From NCBI GenBank assembly GCA_045614725.1, contig JAZLDK010000071.1, forward strand, positions 1 to 36,407: 36,407 nucleotides of DNA, read 5' to 3'. Within the stretch, counting starts at the first letter, position 1. Every line of letters begins with the position of its first letter. The notes under the pieces are model-generated. The model searched no databases. It was given only the letters and a program-made list of their open reading frames with translations, and had not been told where the DNA came from. Below, one piece after another: positions 22,651 through 31,136 of this stretch. Position numbers and translations under genes: made by a program. The DNA comes from Candidatus Enterousia sp. (GTDB lineage Bacteria > Pseudomonadota > Alphaproteobacteria > Rs-D84).

Positions 22651-23364
22651 TTATTTGTTTATCACAAAACTATCCAACGGGTCAAGCCCGCCATCGGTAA
22701 TTTTGTATTCTGACACGCGCAACCCCAGTGGGTTTTCGATGCGGTCTGTCCATTTTATCTTTTCGATGTCACCCGATACCAATCTTAATGCAATTGTATA
22801 ATCTTTTGTAGACAAAGGTCCAGCATTATTTGCGCAATTATACCTAAGTTTTATCTGGTACAATTGTTCTTGTTTAAGATACTTTATTGGTTCCGAATTA
22901 ATAAAGTCAACCGTGCATGACAGCGCCAGGTTCTGAACACCATGTCGCCTGATTGAATTTACGGTGCTTGTGCCGGAAAAAGTCTTGTACACATCATCCG
23001 TTGACCAGATTTTTACCAGCCCATCCTTGGCGTTCCACTTTTTGTTCATAATTTTTGATTCAGGTAATATTTCGTTTCTGGCACGAATGTATTCGCGTAT
23101 AAATGCGCGAACATATCGGTCGGCATATGCATCGTCGGTTGGCATTTCGATGATTCGTACCTCTACATTATCTCGCAATTGCGCGGTCAGAAAAAATATC
23201 TGGGGTCTGTTCAGAGGGAACATGTTTTTCAATGTTATTCCCAACGCAAACAACACGACCACCGACATGGCTAAAACAAACACCAGTAATCTTGACAGTA
23301 AAATCGGCGGTTCTATGCGGTTTTTCACGACTTCCTCTCTCTTAATTAAAATGATTGTAGACAA
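22651..23364 (-). CDS. virB8: VirB8-family type IV secretion protein (237 aa, TTG start)
   Basis: A short cytoplasmic N-terminus and one TM helix (LLVFVLAMSVVVLFALGI) precede a periplasmic NTF2-like domain with the family hallmarks FIREYIRARNE and the C-terminal NPLGLRVSEYKI (compare NPLGFQVTSYR in VirB8). The only available start is the TTG at 23364, preceded by GGGGG. Confidence 0.8.
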   Translation of the reverse strand: MSTIILIKREEVVKNRIEPPILLSRLLVFVLAMSVVVLFALGITLKNMFPLNRPQIFFLTAQLRDNVEVRIIEMPTDDAYADRYVRAFIREYIRARNEILPESKIMNKKWNAKDGLVKIWSTDDVYKTFSGTSTVNSIRRHGVQNLALSCTVDFINSEPIKYLKQEQLYQIKLRYNCANNAGPLSTKDYTIALRLVSGDIEKIKWTDRIENPLGLRVSEYKITDGGLDPLDSFVINK

Positions 23365-23435
23365 AAAGCCCCCATGTGCGCAAGTAAAAAAGTTTCAAAA
23401 TACAAAGTGTTTGTGTTGTTGGTTTGAAAATGGTC

Positions 23436-23464
23436 TTGCGTAAAGGGGGAAAAAGTATTATAAT
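23436..23464 (+). promoter_or_regulatory. Sigma70-type promoter (TTGCGT-17-TATAAT) for tRNA-Trp and probably secE-nusG
   Basis: TTGCGT at 23436-23441, a 17-nt spacer, TATAAT at 23459-23464, about 80 nt upstream of the tRNA. Confidence 0.55.
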
Positions 23465-23544
23465 ATTTCCACTTGATTTTTTGTATTCGTATGCTATTCT
23501 GTCGCAGAATACGCATTGGTGTACAAGGTGTTTGGTGGGTTTAC

Positions 23545-23618
23545 AGGGGCATAGTTCAACGGTAGAATATCGGTCTCCAAAACCGCGGATGAGGGTTCGA
23601 TTCCTTCTGCCCCTGCCA
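23545..23618 (+). tRNA. trnW: tRNA-Trp (anticodon CCA), with the 3' CCA encoded
   Basis: 74 nt: AGGGGCA acceptor stem pairing with TGCCCCT, D arm GTTC/GAAT, anticodon loop CTCCAAA, T arm GAGGG-TTCGATT-CCTTC, discriminator G, then CCA. It is very similar to E. coli tRNA-Trp and occupies the conserved position upstream of secE. Confidence 0.92.
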
Positions 23619-23675
23619 GGTTAAAATGCGCGGAAGTCTGCGTGTTGTAGGCGCTTTTACACGCACATAAAATGG

Positions 23676-23864
23676 ATGGTTTTGATGAAGAAAGTACTGG
23701 AATTTTTTAAGTCGGTTCGTCGTGAATGGTTCAAGATTGTATGGCCATCGCGTGACAGTGTTGTTCGTGCGACAATTATGATTCTAGTGTTTTCAGCGGC
23801 GGCGGCACTGTTCTTCTTCGTGGTGGACAGTTTGTTGAACGCTATTGTTGGTTGGATTTTCTAA
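23676..23864 (+). CDS. secE: Preprotein translocase subunit SecE
   Basis: A small single-TM protein with the SecE signature FFKSVRREWFKIVWPSRDSVVRATIMILVF, directly upstream of nusG. The start could equally be the ATG at 23685. Confidence 0.85.
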   Translation: MVLMKKVLEFFKSVRREWFKIVWPSRDSVVRATIMILVFSAAAALFFFVVDSLLNAIVGWIF

Positions 23865-23888
23865 ACAAAACGGGCAAAGGAAGCACAG

Positions 23889-24422
23889 ATGGAAGAAAAA
23901 ATGCAATGGTATGTTGTTAATGTTCATACAAGCTGCGAAGATAAAGTGGCGCGTGGTCTGCGCGAACAGATTGATAAGCGTCGTTTGAATGCGCTGTTTG
24001 GTGAAATTTTGGTTCCAACACGCGAAGTGACCGAGGTTAAGGCCGGCAAACGCGTAAAATCCGAAAAGAAATTCTTTCCTGGCTATATCGTTGTCCAGAT
24101 GGTTATGAATAACGAAACCTTTACATTGGTAAAACAGATTCCCCAGGTTGTTATGTTCCTGGGTGCGCGCAACAAACCAATCGCGGTCAGCGAAGAAGAA
24201 GCGCGTCGCCTGTTGAAACAGGTGGAAGAGGGTGCGGTCGTCATGGACGATGTCGAATACGAAGTTGGACAGGAAGTTCATGTTATCGACGGGCCATTTG
24301 CGGGTTTTAACGGTGTTGCATCCGAAGTTGATAATGTAAAGCAAAAAATGACTGTGACGGTTCTGGTGTTTGGTCGTGAAACCAGCATGGATTTGGAATT
24401 TAGTCAGGTCGAACGCGTATAA
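23889..24422 (+). CDS. nusG: Transcription termination/antitermination factor NusG
   Basis: It has WYVVNVHTSCEDKV (NGN domain), FPGYIVVQM, and a C-terminal KOW motif (VHVIDGPFAGFNGVASEVD). Confidence 0.92.
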   Translation: MEEKMQWYVVNVHTSCEDKVARGLREQIDKRRLNALFGEILVPTREVTEVKAGKRVKSEKKFFPGYIVVQMVMNNETFTLVKQIPQVVMFLGARNKPIAVSEEEARRLLKQVEEGAVVMDDVEYEVGQEVHVIDGPFAGFNGVASEVDNVKQKMTVTVLVFGRETSMDLEFSQVERV

Positions 24423-24525
24423 AGATTTTTGTGGTTTTCTGAAAAATATCATGTAAAATCACAGCAAACCGTGGTAGATACGCCATATCGTACCACGACA
24501 CAAACGAAAAAAAACGGAGTGAAAA

Positions 24526-24957
24526 ATGGCAAAAAAAGAAGTTAAGGGATTGGTCAAATTGGTCGTCCCTGCAAAACAGGCTAATCCTGCGCCTCCTATT
24601 GGTCCGGCGTTGGGTGCTGCTGGTGTAAACATCGCAGAATTCTGCAAACAGTTTAACGATAAAACGGCTGATAAAGAACCAGGAATGCCAATTCCTTGCA
24701 TTATCACTGTTTACACAGACCGCAGTTTCGAATTCATTATGAAATTGCCACCTGTATCGTACTATATCAAAAAAGCATTGAAATTGAAAATCGGTTCCCA
24801 CAAACCAGGTCGCGATTTTGTTGGTACAATTTCTCAGGCTCAACTGAAAGAAATTGCCGAAGCAAAAATGCCAGACTTGAATTGCTCTTCCATTGAATCC
24901 GCTATGAACATTGTCGCGGGTCAGTGTCGTTCTATGGGCGTAAAGGTAGAGGAGTAA
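24526..24957 (+). CDS. rplK: 50S ribosomal protein L11
   Basis: [44 protein letters not shown] is the canonical L11 N-terminus. Confidence 0.95.
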   Translation: MAKKEVKGLVKLVVPAKQANPAPPIGPALGAAGVNIAEFCKQFNDKTADKEPGMPIPCIITVYTDRSFEFIMKLPPVSYYIKKALKLKIGSHKPGRDFVGTISQAQLKEIAEAKMPDLNCSSIESAMNIVAGQCRSMGVKVEE

Positions 24958-24961
24958 TATC

Positions 24962-25636
24962 ATGAAACTGACTAAGAAACAACAGACTTGGAAAAACTTG
25001 GATACTGAAAAAGTATATGCTTTGGATGAAGCAATCGAAACATTGCGCACATATGCATCCAAGAAATTTGATGAAACATTGGAAATCGCTATCCGTTTGG
25101 GTATCGATGTGACCAAGGCCGACCAGAACATTCGTGGTATGCTGTCTTTGCCAAATGGCACGGGTAAATCCGTTCGCGTTGCTGTTTTCACAGTAAATGC
25201 CCAGGACGAAGCCAAGAAAGCGGGTGCCGATGTTGTTGGCGGTGAAGAATTAATCGAAGCGGTTGCGGCGGGCAATATCAACTTTGACCGTGTTATCGCA
25301 ACACCTGACATGATGCCAAAGATGTCCAAAATTGCACGTGTATTGGGTCCTAAGGGCTTGATGCCGAATCCAAAATTGGGCACTGTGACAAACAATGTTG
25401 CAGAAGCGGTTGCCACCGCCAAGGCTGGTCAGATTGAATACCGTGCGGAAAAGAAGGGTATCATCCACGCGGGTATTGGTAAAATGTCATTTGAAACCGC
25501 TAAATTGGTTGAAAATGCAAATGCTTTGATTGATCAGTTAAAGAAAATCAAACCTGCATCTGCCAAGGGTCAGTATATCTTGGGTATCTCGGTTGCTACA
25601 ACCCAGGGCCCAGGTCTGAAAGTAGATGCAAAATAA
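24962..25636 (+). CDS. rplA: 50S ribosomal protein L1
   Basis: FDETLEIAIRLGIDVTKADQNIRGMLSLPNGTGKSVRVAVF and LGPKGLMPNPKLGTVT are canonical L1 blocks. Confidence 0.95.
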   Translation: MKLTKKQQTWKNLDTEKVYALDEAIETLRTYASKKFDETLEIAIRLGIDVTKADQNIRGMLSLPNGTGKSVRVAVFTVNAQDEAKKAGADVVGGEELIEAVAAGNINFDRVIATPDMMPKMSKIARVLGPKGLMPNPKLGTVTNNVAEAVATAKAGQIEYRAEKKGIIHAGIGKMSFETAKLVENANALIDQLKKIKPASAKGQYILGISVATTQGPGLKVDAK

Positions 25637-25826
25637 TTAATTGCGATTGGGGGGCACCTCCCCCGGTCGCAAAAACAGATTTCTGTCCAAGACTGATGGT
25701 GCGACAACAATGTCACTTAATTTCCATCATAGACAAAGAAAAATTCTTTGGGGCAGGAAACGAAGCCCCACCCAAGGGCAACCTTGGATGGAAAGTTAAC
25801 AAAACAGAAGCTTGAAGGAAAAATAG
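25637..25826 (+). promoter_or_regulatory. rplJ-rplL leader region with stem-loops (probable L10/L12 autoregulatory leader)
   Basis: Three hairpins are visible: GCGATTGGGGGG/CTCCCCCGGTCGC (about 25653-25680), TGGGGC/GCCCCA, and CCAAGG-GCAA-CCTTGG with a GNRA loop. A 190-nt untranslated leader before rplJ is the known location of the L10 leader in many bacteria. Confidence 0.5.
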
Positions 25827-26306
25827 ATGAGACGCGAAGAAAAATCAGATTTGATTTCAGCGTTGCAGTCGTCCCTGAAAGAAGCAAACGGTGTTTTCAT
25901 CATTGAAAACCATGGTTTGACTGTAAAAGAATTCGAAGGCCTGCGTAATGAATTGCGCCCATTGGTTTCCGTATTCAAAGTTGTCAAAAACCGTTTGATG
26001 AAATTGGCGTTAAAAGACACCGATTTTGAACCTGTATCCGATATGTTAAAGCGTCCAACTGCGGTTGCTGTTGCAACTGATGGTTTGGCGGTCACCAAAG
26101 TATTGGCTAAATTTGCGGAAACACACCCAAATTTGACAATCGTTGGTGGTAAAATGGATGCAGACGTTCTGAACGCGGACGGCGTTATGCAATTATCCAA
26201 GCTTCCTTCCCTGTTGGAAATTCGTGGTACTATTGCGCGTATCTTGGTTGAACCTGGTTCACGCTTGGCACGTGTTTCGGCAGAGTATGGAAAAAAAGAA
26301 CAATAA
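25827..26306 (+). CDS. rplJ: 50S ribosomal protein L10
   Basis: The match is by position between rplA and rplL and by an L10-like sequence (…GVFIIENHGLTVKEFEGLRNELR…FKVVKNRLMKLAL…). Confidence 0.9.
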   Translation: MRREEKSDLISALQSSLKEANGVFIIENHGLTVKEFEGLRNELRPLVSVFKVVKNRLMKLALKDTDFEPVSDMLKRPTAVAVATDGLAVTKVLAKFAETHPNLTIVGGKMDADVLNADGVMQLSKLPSLLEIRGTIARILVEPGSRLARVSAEYGKKEQ

Positions 26307-26354
26307 AATCAGAACAGCGAATCTGTTCTGACCTACCCAAATAGGAGTAAAAAA

Positions 26355-26720
26355 ATGGCAGACATTCAGAAATTAGTTGAAGAATTGTCAAAATTGACTG
26401 TTTTGGAAGCAGTTGAACTGTCCAAAGCATTGGAAGAAACATGGGGCGTAAGCGCTGCTGCCGCTGTTGCAGTTGCTGCTGGTCCACCTGCTGCTGCTGC
26501 AGAAGAAAAGACAGAATTTGACGTTGTCTTGGTTGATGCAGGCGCAGGCAAATTGGCTGTTATCAAGGCTGTAAAAGACATCACAGGTCTGGGTTTGGGC
26601 GAAGCAAAAGCTTTGGTTGAATCTGCACCTAAGGCTGTCAAAGAAGGTGTTGCAAAAGACGAAGCTGAAAAGCTGAAGGCAACATTGGAAGCAGCTGGTG
26701 CCAAGATTGAATTGAAATAA
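26355..26720 (+). CDS. rplL: 50S ribosomal protein L7/L12
   Basis: It has the N-terminal dimerisation helix, an Ala/Pro hinge ([17 protein letters not shown]) and the C-terminal domain [56 protein letters not shown]. Confidence 0.95.
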   Translation: MADIQKLVEELSKLTVLEAVELSKALEETWGVSAAAAVAVAAGPPAAAAEEKTEFDVVLVDAGAGKLAVIKAVKDITGLGLGEAKALVESAPKAVKEGVAKDEAEKLKATLEAAGAKIELK

Positions 26721-26782
26721 TTCAATCATGGAACCAAATGGTTCTAGAACAAATCTGGTCGAATAAATTCGGCCAAAACGCC

Positions 26783-26862
26783 GCCCGCGTGGGAAGAAAA
26801 TCCCATGCGGGCACAAAGGCGTAAAATACACAAAGAAAAAAATAGCGACATACACATGTCGC
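26783..26862 (+). promoter_or_regulatory. Stem-loops in the rplL-rpoB spacer (possible attenuator or RNA-processing site)
   Basis: There is a 12-bp stem at 26783-26812 (GCCCGCGTGGGA / TCCCATGCGGGC) and a 7-bp stem at 26845-26862 (GCGACAT / ATGTCGC). Neither has a T run. In E. coli this spacer holds a partial terminator and an RNase III site. Confidence 0.4.
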
Positions 26863-26901
26863 ACGTTTGCACGAAACGCACAGAAAAAAGGATTAAAACC
26901 G

Positions 26902-29900
26902 ATGGCAGTTATCCAGAAACTTAGAAAATCTTTTGGTAAAAGTTTTTTGCAAACTCCGCTTCCCGATTTAGTTGAAATACAATATGATTCCTACAAGGAT
27001 TTCTTGCAGGCGGATGTCGAACCCCAAAACCGCAAGAACAAGGGGTTGCAGAATGTATTCTCTTCCATGTTCCCAATCAAAGACTATGCCGGCATTGCCG
27101 ACCTGGAATTTGTGGAATACACATTGGATAAACCTGTGTACAATGTGAAAGAATGCATGTTGCGCAACATGACATACTCCAGCAAGCTGAAATTGAAGCT
27201 GAGATTGATTTTATGGGACGTCGCCGAAGATGGCAAAAAGACTTTGCGCGATATCAAGGAACAAGAAATATTTATGGGCGAAGTGCCGTTAATGACCGAA
27301 CGCGGCAGCTTTATCGCATCGGGCGTGGAACGCGTGATTGTTTCCCAGATGCACCGTGCCCAGGGTGTTGTGTTTGCAACAACCAAAGAAGCAAAAGTTG
27401 CTGGAAACCCAATCACATATACTGCGCGTATCATCCCAGAACATGGTTCATGGATTGATTTTGAAGAATCCAAGGGTGTAATCTATGTTCGTATCGATCG
27501 TCGTCGCAAGATTCCTGCAACCGTACTGTTGCGTTGCTTGCCAGCGGCCGAAGATGAAAAGAAATGGTTGGCGGAACCACGCAAGCCTTCTATTCGTGGT
27601 ATGTCTGATACAGAAATTCTGTCGGCATTTTACAAACGCATCCCATTGTCATTTGACGGTAAATTCTGGGCCGGCGAAACCGCAAGTTTCGAAGGTTTGG
27701 ACAAATATCGCTTGAATTATGATTTGTTCAACCCCAAGGATAAAAAAGCATTGGCATCCAAGGGCGACCGTCTGAACGCAAAGCGATTGAAAAAGATTAT
27801 GGACACATCCAAGAAATTCGGCATCTTGCCAGAATCCTTGGTCGGTGAATACCTGTTTGACCCAATTATGTCTGGCGACGAAGTTGTATTCCCAGCGGGT
27901 ACAGAAATCACCGAAGAAGTATTGAACGATTTGGACAAAATGAATATCAAAGAAATCAGCCTGATTTCCATTGATAACAATACAATCAGTGCCCATATGC
28001 GCAATACTTTGATGGCCGACAAGACCACAAACCGCGAAGAAGCATTGATTGAAATCTATAACATCATCCGTCCGGGTGAACGTCCAACACTGGAAGCGGC
28101 AATCAATCTGTTCATGCGCCAGGGGTTTGAACCTGCATACTATGATTTGTCCGCGGTTGGTCGTTTCAAGATGAACAAGCGTTTAAAGATTGATTCTGGC
28201 AAAAAACCAGAAGACGAACGTCTGTTGACCAAGGGCGACTTCTTGGCTGTATTGAAAACTTTAACAAATATTATCGACCGCAAGGATACCGTTGATGATA
28301 TTGATAACCTGTCCAATCGTCGTGTTCGCACAGTTGGCGAATTGCTGGAACAGAATTTCCGCACCGGTATGGTTCGTATCGAACGTCTGGTCCGCGAAGC
28401 TTTGTCCAGTCCAAACATTGCCAATATGCAGCCCCAGGATGTTATCAATGTAAAACCATTAATGTCATTGGTATCTGAATTCTTGGGAACATCTCAGTTG
28501 TCCCAGTTTATGGACGCATATAACCCATTGGCGGAATTGGAACACAAGCGTGTGATTTCTGCGTTGGGTCCTGGCGGTTTGAATCGTGAACGTGCCGGCA
28601 TTGATGTCCGCGACGTTCATCCAACACATTATGGTCGTCTGTGCCCAATTCACACCCCAGAAGGTGCGAATATTGGTCTGATTAACCACTTGTCAACCTA
28701 TGCGCGTGTCAATCCATATGGCTTTATCGAAACACCATATTACGTTGTTGAAAACAGCCGTATCACAGACAAGATGGTATACCTGACCGCGGATGAAGAA
28801 TTGGGTCATAAAATTGCCCAGGGTAACACCCCAACAACCAAAGATGGTGTTTTGGCAGAAGACACAGTCACTGCCCGTGTTGACGGTGAATTTACCATGG
28901 TGTCCAAGGACGAAGTTGACTTAATCGACGTTGAACCACGTCAGGTGGTATCCATCGCCACAGGTCTGATTCCATTCGTTGAAAACGACGACGCGAACCG
29001 TGCCTTGATGGGTTCTAACATGCAGCGCCAGGGTGTACCTTTGTTGCGTGTTCAGGCACCATTGGTTGGTACCGGTATTGAACGCGAGGTTGCACGTGAT
29101 TCCCGCACTGGTAAGGTTGCAAAACACAGTGGTGTTGTTGAATCCGTTGATGCAAACCGTATCGTGGTTAAATGTATGAACAGCCGCAATGTTGTGACAG
29201 GTGTAGATATCTATAATCTGGAAAAATTCGAACGCAGCAACAGCGAAACCCTGATTCATCAGAAACCATTGGTCAAGGTTGGCGATCGCATATCGGCGGG
29301 CGACATCATTGCAGCCGGTTCTTCTATGAATTATGGTGAATTGGCGTTGGGTCGCAATGTTCTGGTTGCGTTCATGCCATGGCGTGGATATAACTACGAA
29401 GACTCTATCGTTATTTCCGAACGCATTTCACGCGATGACGTATTTACATCTGTGAAAATCGTTGAAAAAGAATTCAAGGTTCGCGACACCCAGTTGGGCC
29501 CAGAATCTTTGACACGCGATATTCCAAACGTCAGCGAAGAAGCATTAAAGAATCTGGACGAATCCGGTATCATTTATGTTGGCGCACGTGTAAAGCAGGG
29601 CGACATCTTGGTTGGTCGTGTTTCTCCGAAATCGGAAACACTGTTAACCCCAGAAGAAGCACTGTTGCGCAATATCTTTGGTGAAAAGGCCTTGAATGTT
29701 AAGGACACATCCCTGCGCGTTGGACCAAACGAAGAAGGTACGGTTATCGGCGTTAATGTTTTGACCCGTCATGGTGTTAAAAAAGACGAACGTACCCAGA
29801 TGATTGAACTGGAAAAAATCGAAAAGATTAACAAAGACCGCGAAGAAGAAATCGCTATTATCGAAAAGGGCTTTGCTGATCAGGTATTCCAGATTGCAGA

Positions 29901-31038
29901 AAACATGGTTATCGAATCCGGTACCGGCAGTTTGAAACCATTCGTTGGCAAGAAATTAACAGGCGAAGTATTCGAAGGCATTCGTCCATCAGATGTTAAA
30001 AAACTGTCTGTTGGCAACAAAGAAGCCCAGGCTAAAATTGATGAATTGCGCGAACAGCATGTAATCAAATTAAAGGCCCTGAATGAAAAAGCGGATGCTG
30101 AAATCGCCAAGGCAACAGAAAGCAATTCGTTGAACGCGGGTGTATTGAAAGAAGTAAAAGTATACATCGCACACAAGATGAAATTGCAGCCGGGTGACAA
30201 AATGGCTGGTCGTCACGGAAACAAGGGTATTGTATCCAAGGTTGTTCCTGTCGAAGATATGCCACACTTGGCCGATGGTACACCGGTTGATTTGGTGTTG
30301 AATCCATTGGGCGTGCCTTCACGTATGAACATTGGCCAGATTTTGGAAACCCACCTTGGTATGGCGGCCCGCACATTGGGTGCCCAGATTGGTGCGGTTT
30401 TGGACGAAGTCAAGGCTAAACGTGCGGTCACGGATGACCTGCGCAATGTAATGGGTAAAATCTATGGCAAAGAAACATCTGAAAAACTGGATAAAATGAC
30501 AGACACAGATGTTCGTGCCGAAGCGGCCCTGTTGCGTGACGGTGTTCCAATGGCGACCCCAACATTTGACGGTGCCACCCCAGAAGATATTCGCAGCATG
30601 CTGAAATTGGCGGGCTTGCCTGAAACGGGTCAGTTTGACCTGTACGACGGTATGACCGGCGAAAAGTTTGCGCGTCCTGTGACGGTTGGTGTTATGTACA
30701 TGCTGAAACTGCATCACTTTGTTGATGAAAAGATTCACGCACGTTCCACCGGCAGTTATTCTTTGGTCACACAACAACCATTGTCTGGTAAGGCCCACAT
30801 GGGTGGCCAGCGTTTGGGTGAAATGGAAGTGTGGGCATTGGAAGCACACGGTGCCGCCCATCTGCTGCGCGAAATGTTAACGGTCAAGTCTGACGATATT
30901 GCCGGCCGAAACAAGATGTATGAATCCATCATTTCCGGCAGCGATGATATCCAGACCGGCACACCAGAAGCATTCAACGTATTCGTTCGCGAATTGCGTG
31001 GATTGGGTCTGGCAATGACACCAAAGAAAATTGATTAG
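26902..31038 (+). CDS. rpoB: DNA-directed RNA polymerase subunit beta
   Basis: 1378 aa with canonical blocks, for example GPGGLNRERAG..VRDVHPTHYGRLCPIHTPEGANIGLI, NMQRQGVPLL, GRHGNKGIVSKV and GKAHMGGQRLGEMEVWALEAHGAAH. Confidence 0.98.
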   Translation: MAVIQKLRKSFGKSFLQTPLPDLVEIQYDSYKDFLQADVEPQNRKNKGLQNVFSSMFPIKDYAGIADLEFVEYTLDKPVYNVKECMLRNMTYSSKLKLKLRLILWDVAEDGKKTLRDIKEQEIFMGEVPLMTERGSFIASGVERVIVSQMHRAQGVVFATTKEAKVAGNPITYTARIIPEHGSWIDFEESKGVIYVRIDRRRKIPATVLLRCLPAAEDEKKWLAEPRKPSIRGMSDTEILSAFYKRIPLSFDGKFWAGETASFEGLDKYRLNYDLFNPKDKKALASKGDRLNAKRLKKIMDTSKKFGILPESLVGEYLFDPIMSGDEVVFPAGTEITEEVLNDLDKMNIKEISLISIDNNTISAHMRNTLMADKTTNREEALIEIYNIIRPGERPTLEAAINLFMRQGFEPAYYDLSAVGRFKMNKRLKIDSGKKPEDERLLTKGDFLAVLKTLTNIIDRKDTVDDIDNLSNRRVRTVGELLEQNFRTGMVRIERLVREALSSPNIANMQPQDVINVKPLMSLVSEFLGTSQLSQFMDAYNPLAELEHKRVISALGPGGLNRERAGIDVRDVHPTHYGRLCPIHTPEGANIGLINHLSTYARVNPYGFIETPYYVVENSRITDKMVYLTADEELGHKIAQGNTPTTKDGVLAEDTVTARVDGEFTMVSKDEVDLIDVEPRQVVSIATGLIPFVENDDANRALMGSNMQRQGVPLLRVQAPLVGTGIEREVARDSRTGKVAKHSGVVESVDANRIVVKCMNSRNVVTGVDIYNLEKFERSNSETLIHQKPLVKVGDRISAGDIIAAGSSMNYGELALGRNVLVAFMPWRGYNYEDSIVISERISRDDVFTSVKIVEKEFKVRDTQLGPESLTRDIPNVSEEALKNLDESGIIYVGARVKQGDILVGRVSPKSETLLTPEEALLRNIFGEKALNVKDTSLRVGPNEEGTVIGVNVLTRHGVKKDERTQMIELEKIEKINKDREEEIAIIEKGFADQVFQIAENMVIESGTGSLKPFVGKKLTGEVFEGIRPSDVKKLSVGNKEAQAKIDELREQHVIKLKALNEKADAEIAKATESNSLNAGVLKEVKVYIAHKMKLQPGDKMAGRHGNKGIVSKVVPVEDMPHLADGTPVDLVLNPLGVPSRMNIGQILETHLGMAARTLGAQIGAVLDEVKAKRAVTDDLRNVMGKIYGKETSEKLDKMTDTDVRAEAALLRDGVPMATPTFDGATPEDIRSMLKLAGLPETGQFDLYDGMTGEKFARPVTVGVMYMLKLHHFVDEKIHARSTGSYSLVTQQPLSGKAHMGGQRLGEMEVWALEAHGAAHLLREMLTVKSDDIAGRNKMYESIISGSDDIQTGTPEAFNVFVRELRGLGLAMTPKKID

Positions 31039-31101
31039 TGGTTAGTGTTCCCCGGCCCCATGTTGGGTTGGGGACCCCTAGCAACTAATAACTAACCACT
31101 A
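31036..31101 (+). other. Nested inverted repeat in the rpoB-rpoC spacer
   Basis: The outer 11-bp arms are TAGTGGTTAGT (31036-31046, including the rpoB stop) and ACTAACCACTA (31091-31101). They enclose a G/C hairpin (31050-31073, CCCCGGCCC / GGGTTGGGG with two G-U pairs). Confidence 0.6.
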
Positions 31102-31136
31102 ACAACTCTTTAAGCGACTGAAAGGAGCGAAATATA

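Noticed and set aside
17640-23618. A classical tRNA-targeted genomic island at tRNA-Trp
   Set aside because: The accessory block lies on the 5' (promoter) side of the tRNA rather than at its 3' end. No integrase or recombinase gene is present, and I found no direct repeat of the tRNA 3' end at the distal boundary. The TTCGAATC at 18493 does not extend into a T-arm or acceptor match. I kept it only as a synteny-break observation.
24400-25422. A 340-aa minus-strand ORF across rplK/rplA, and the 219-aa minus-strand ORF at 23793-24452 across nusG
   Set aside because: Both are antisense to highly conserved, unambiguous genes (L11, L1, NusG). They are low-complexity shadow ORFs typical of the reverse frame of well-expressed genes.
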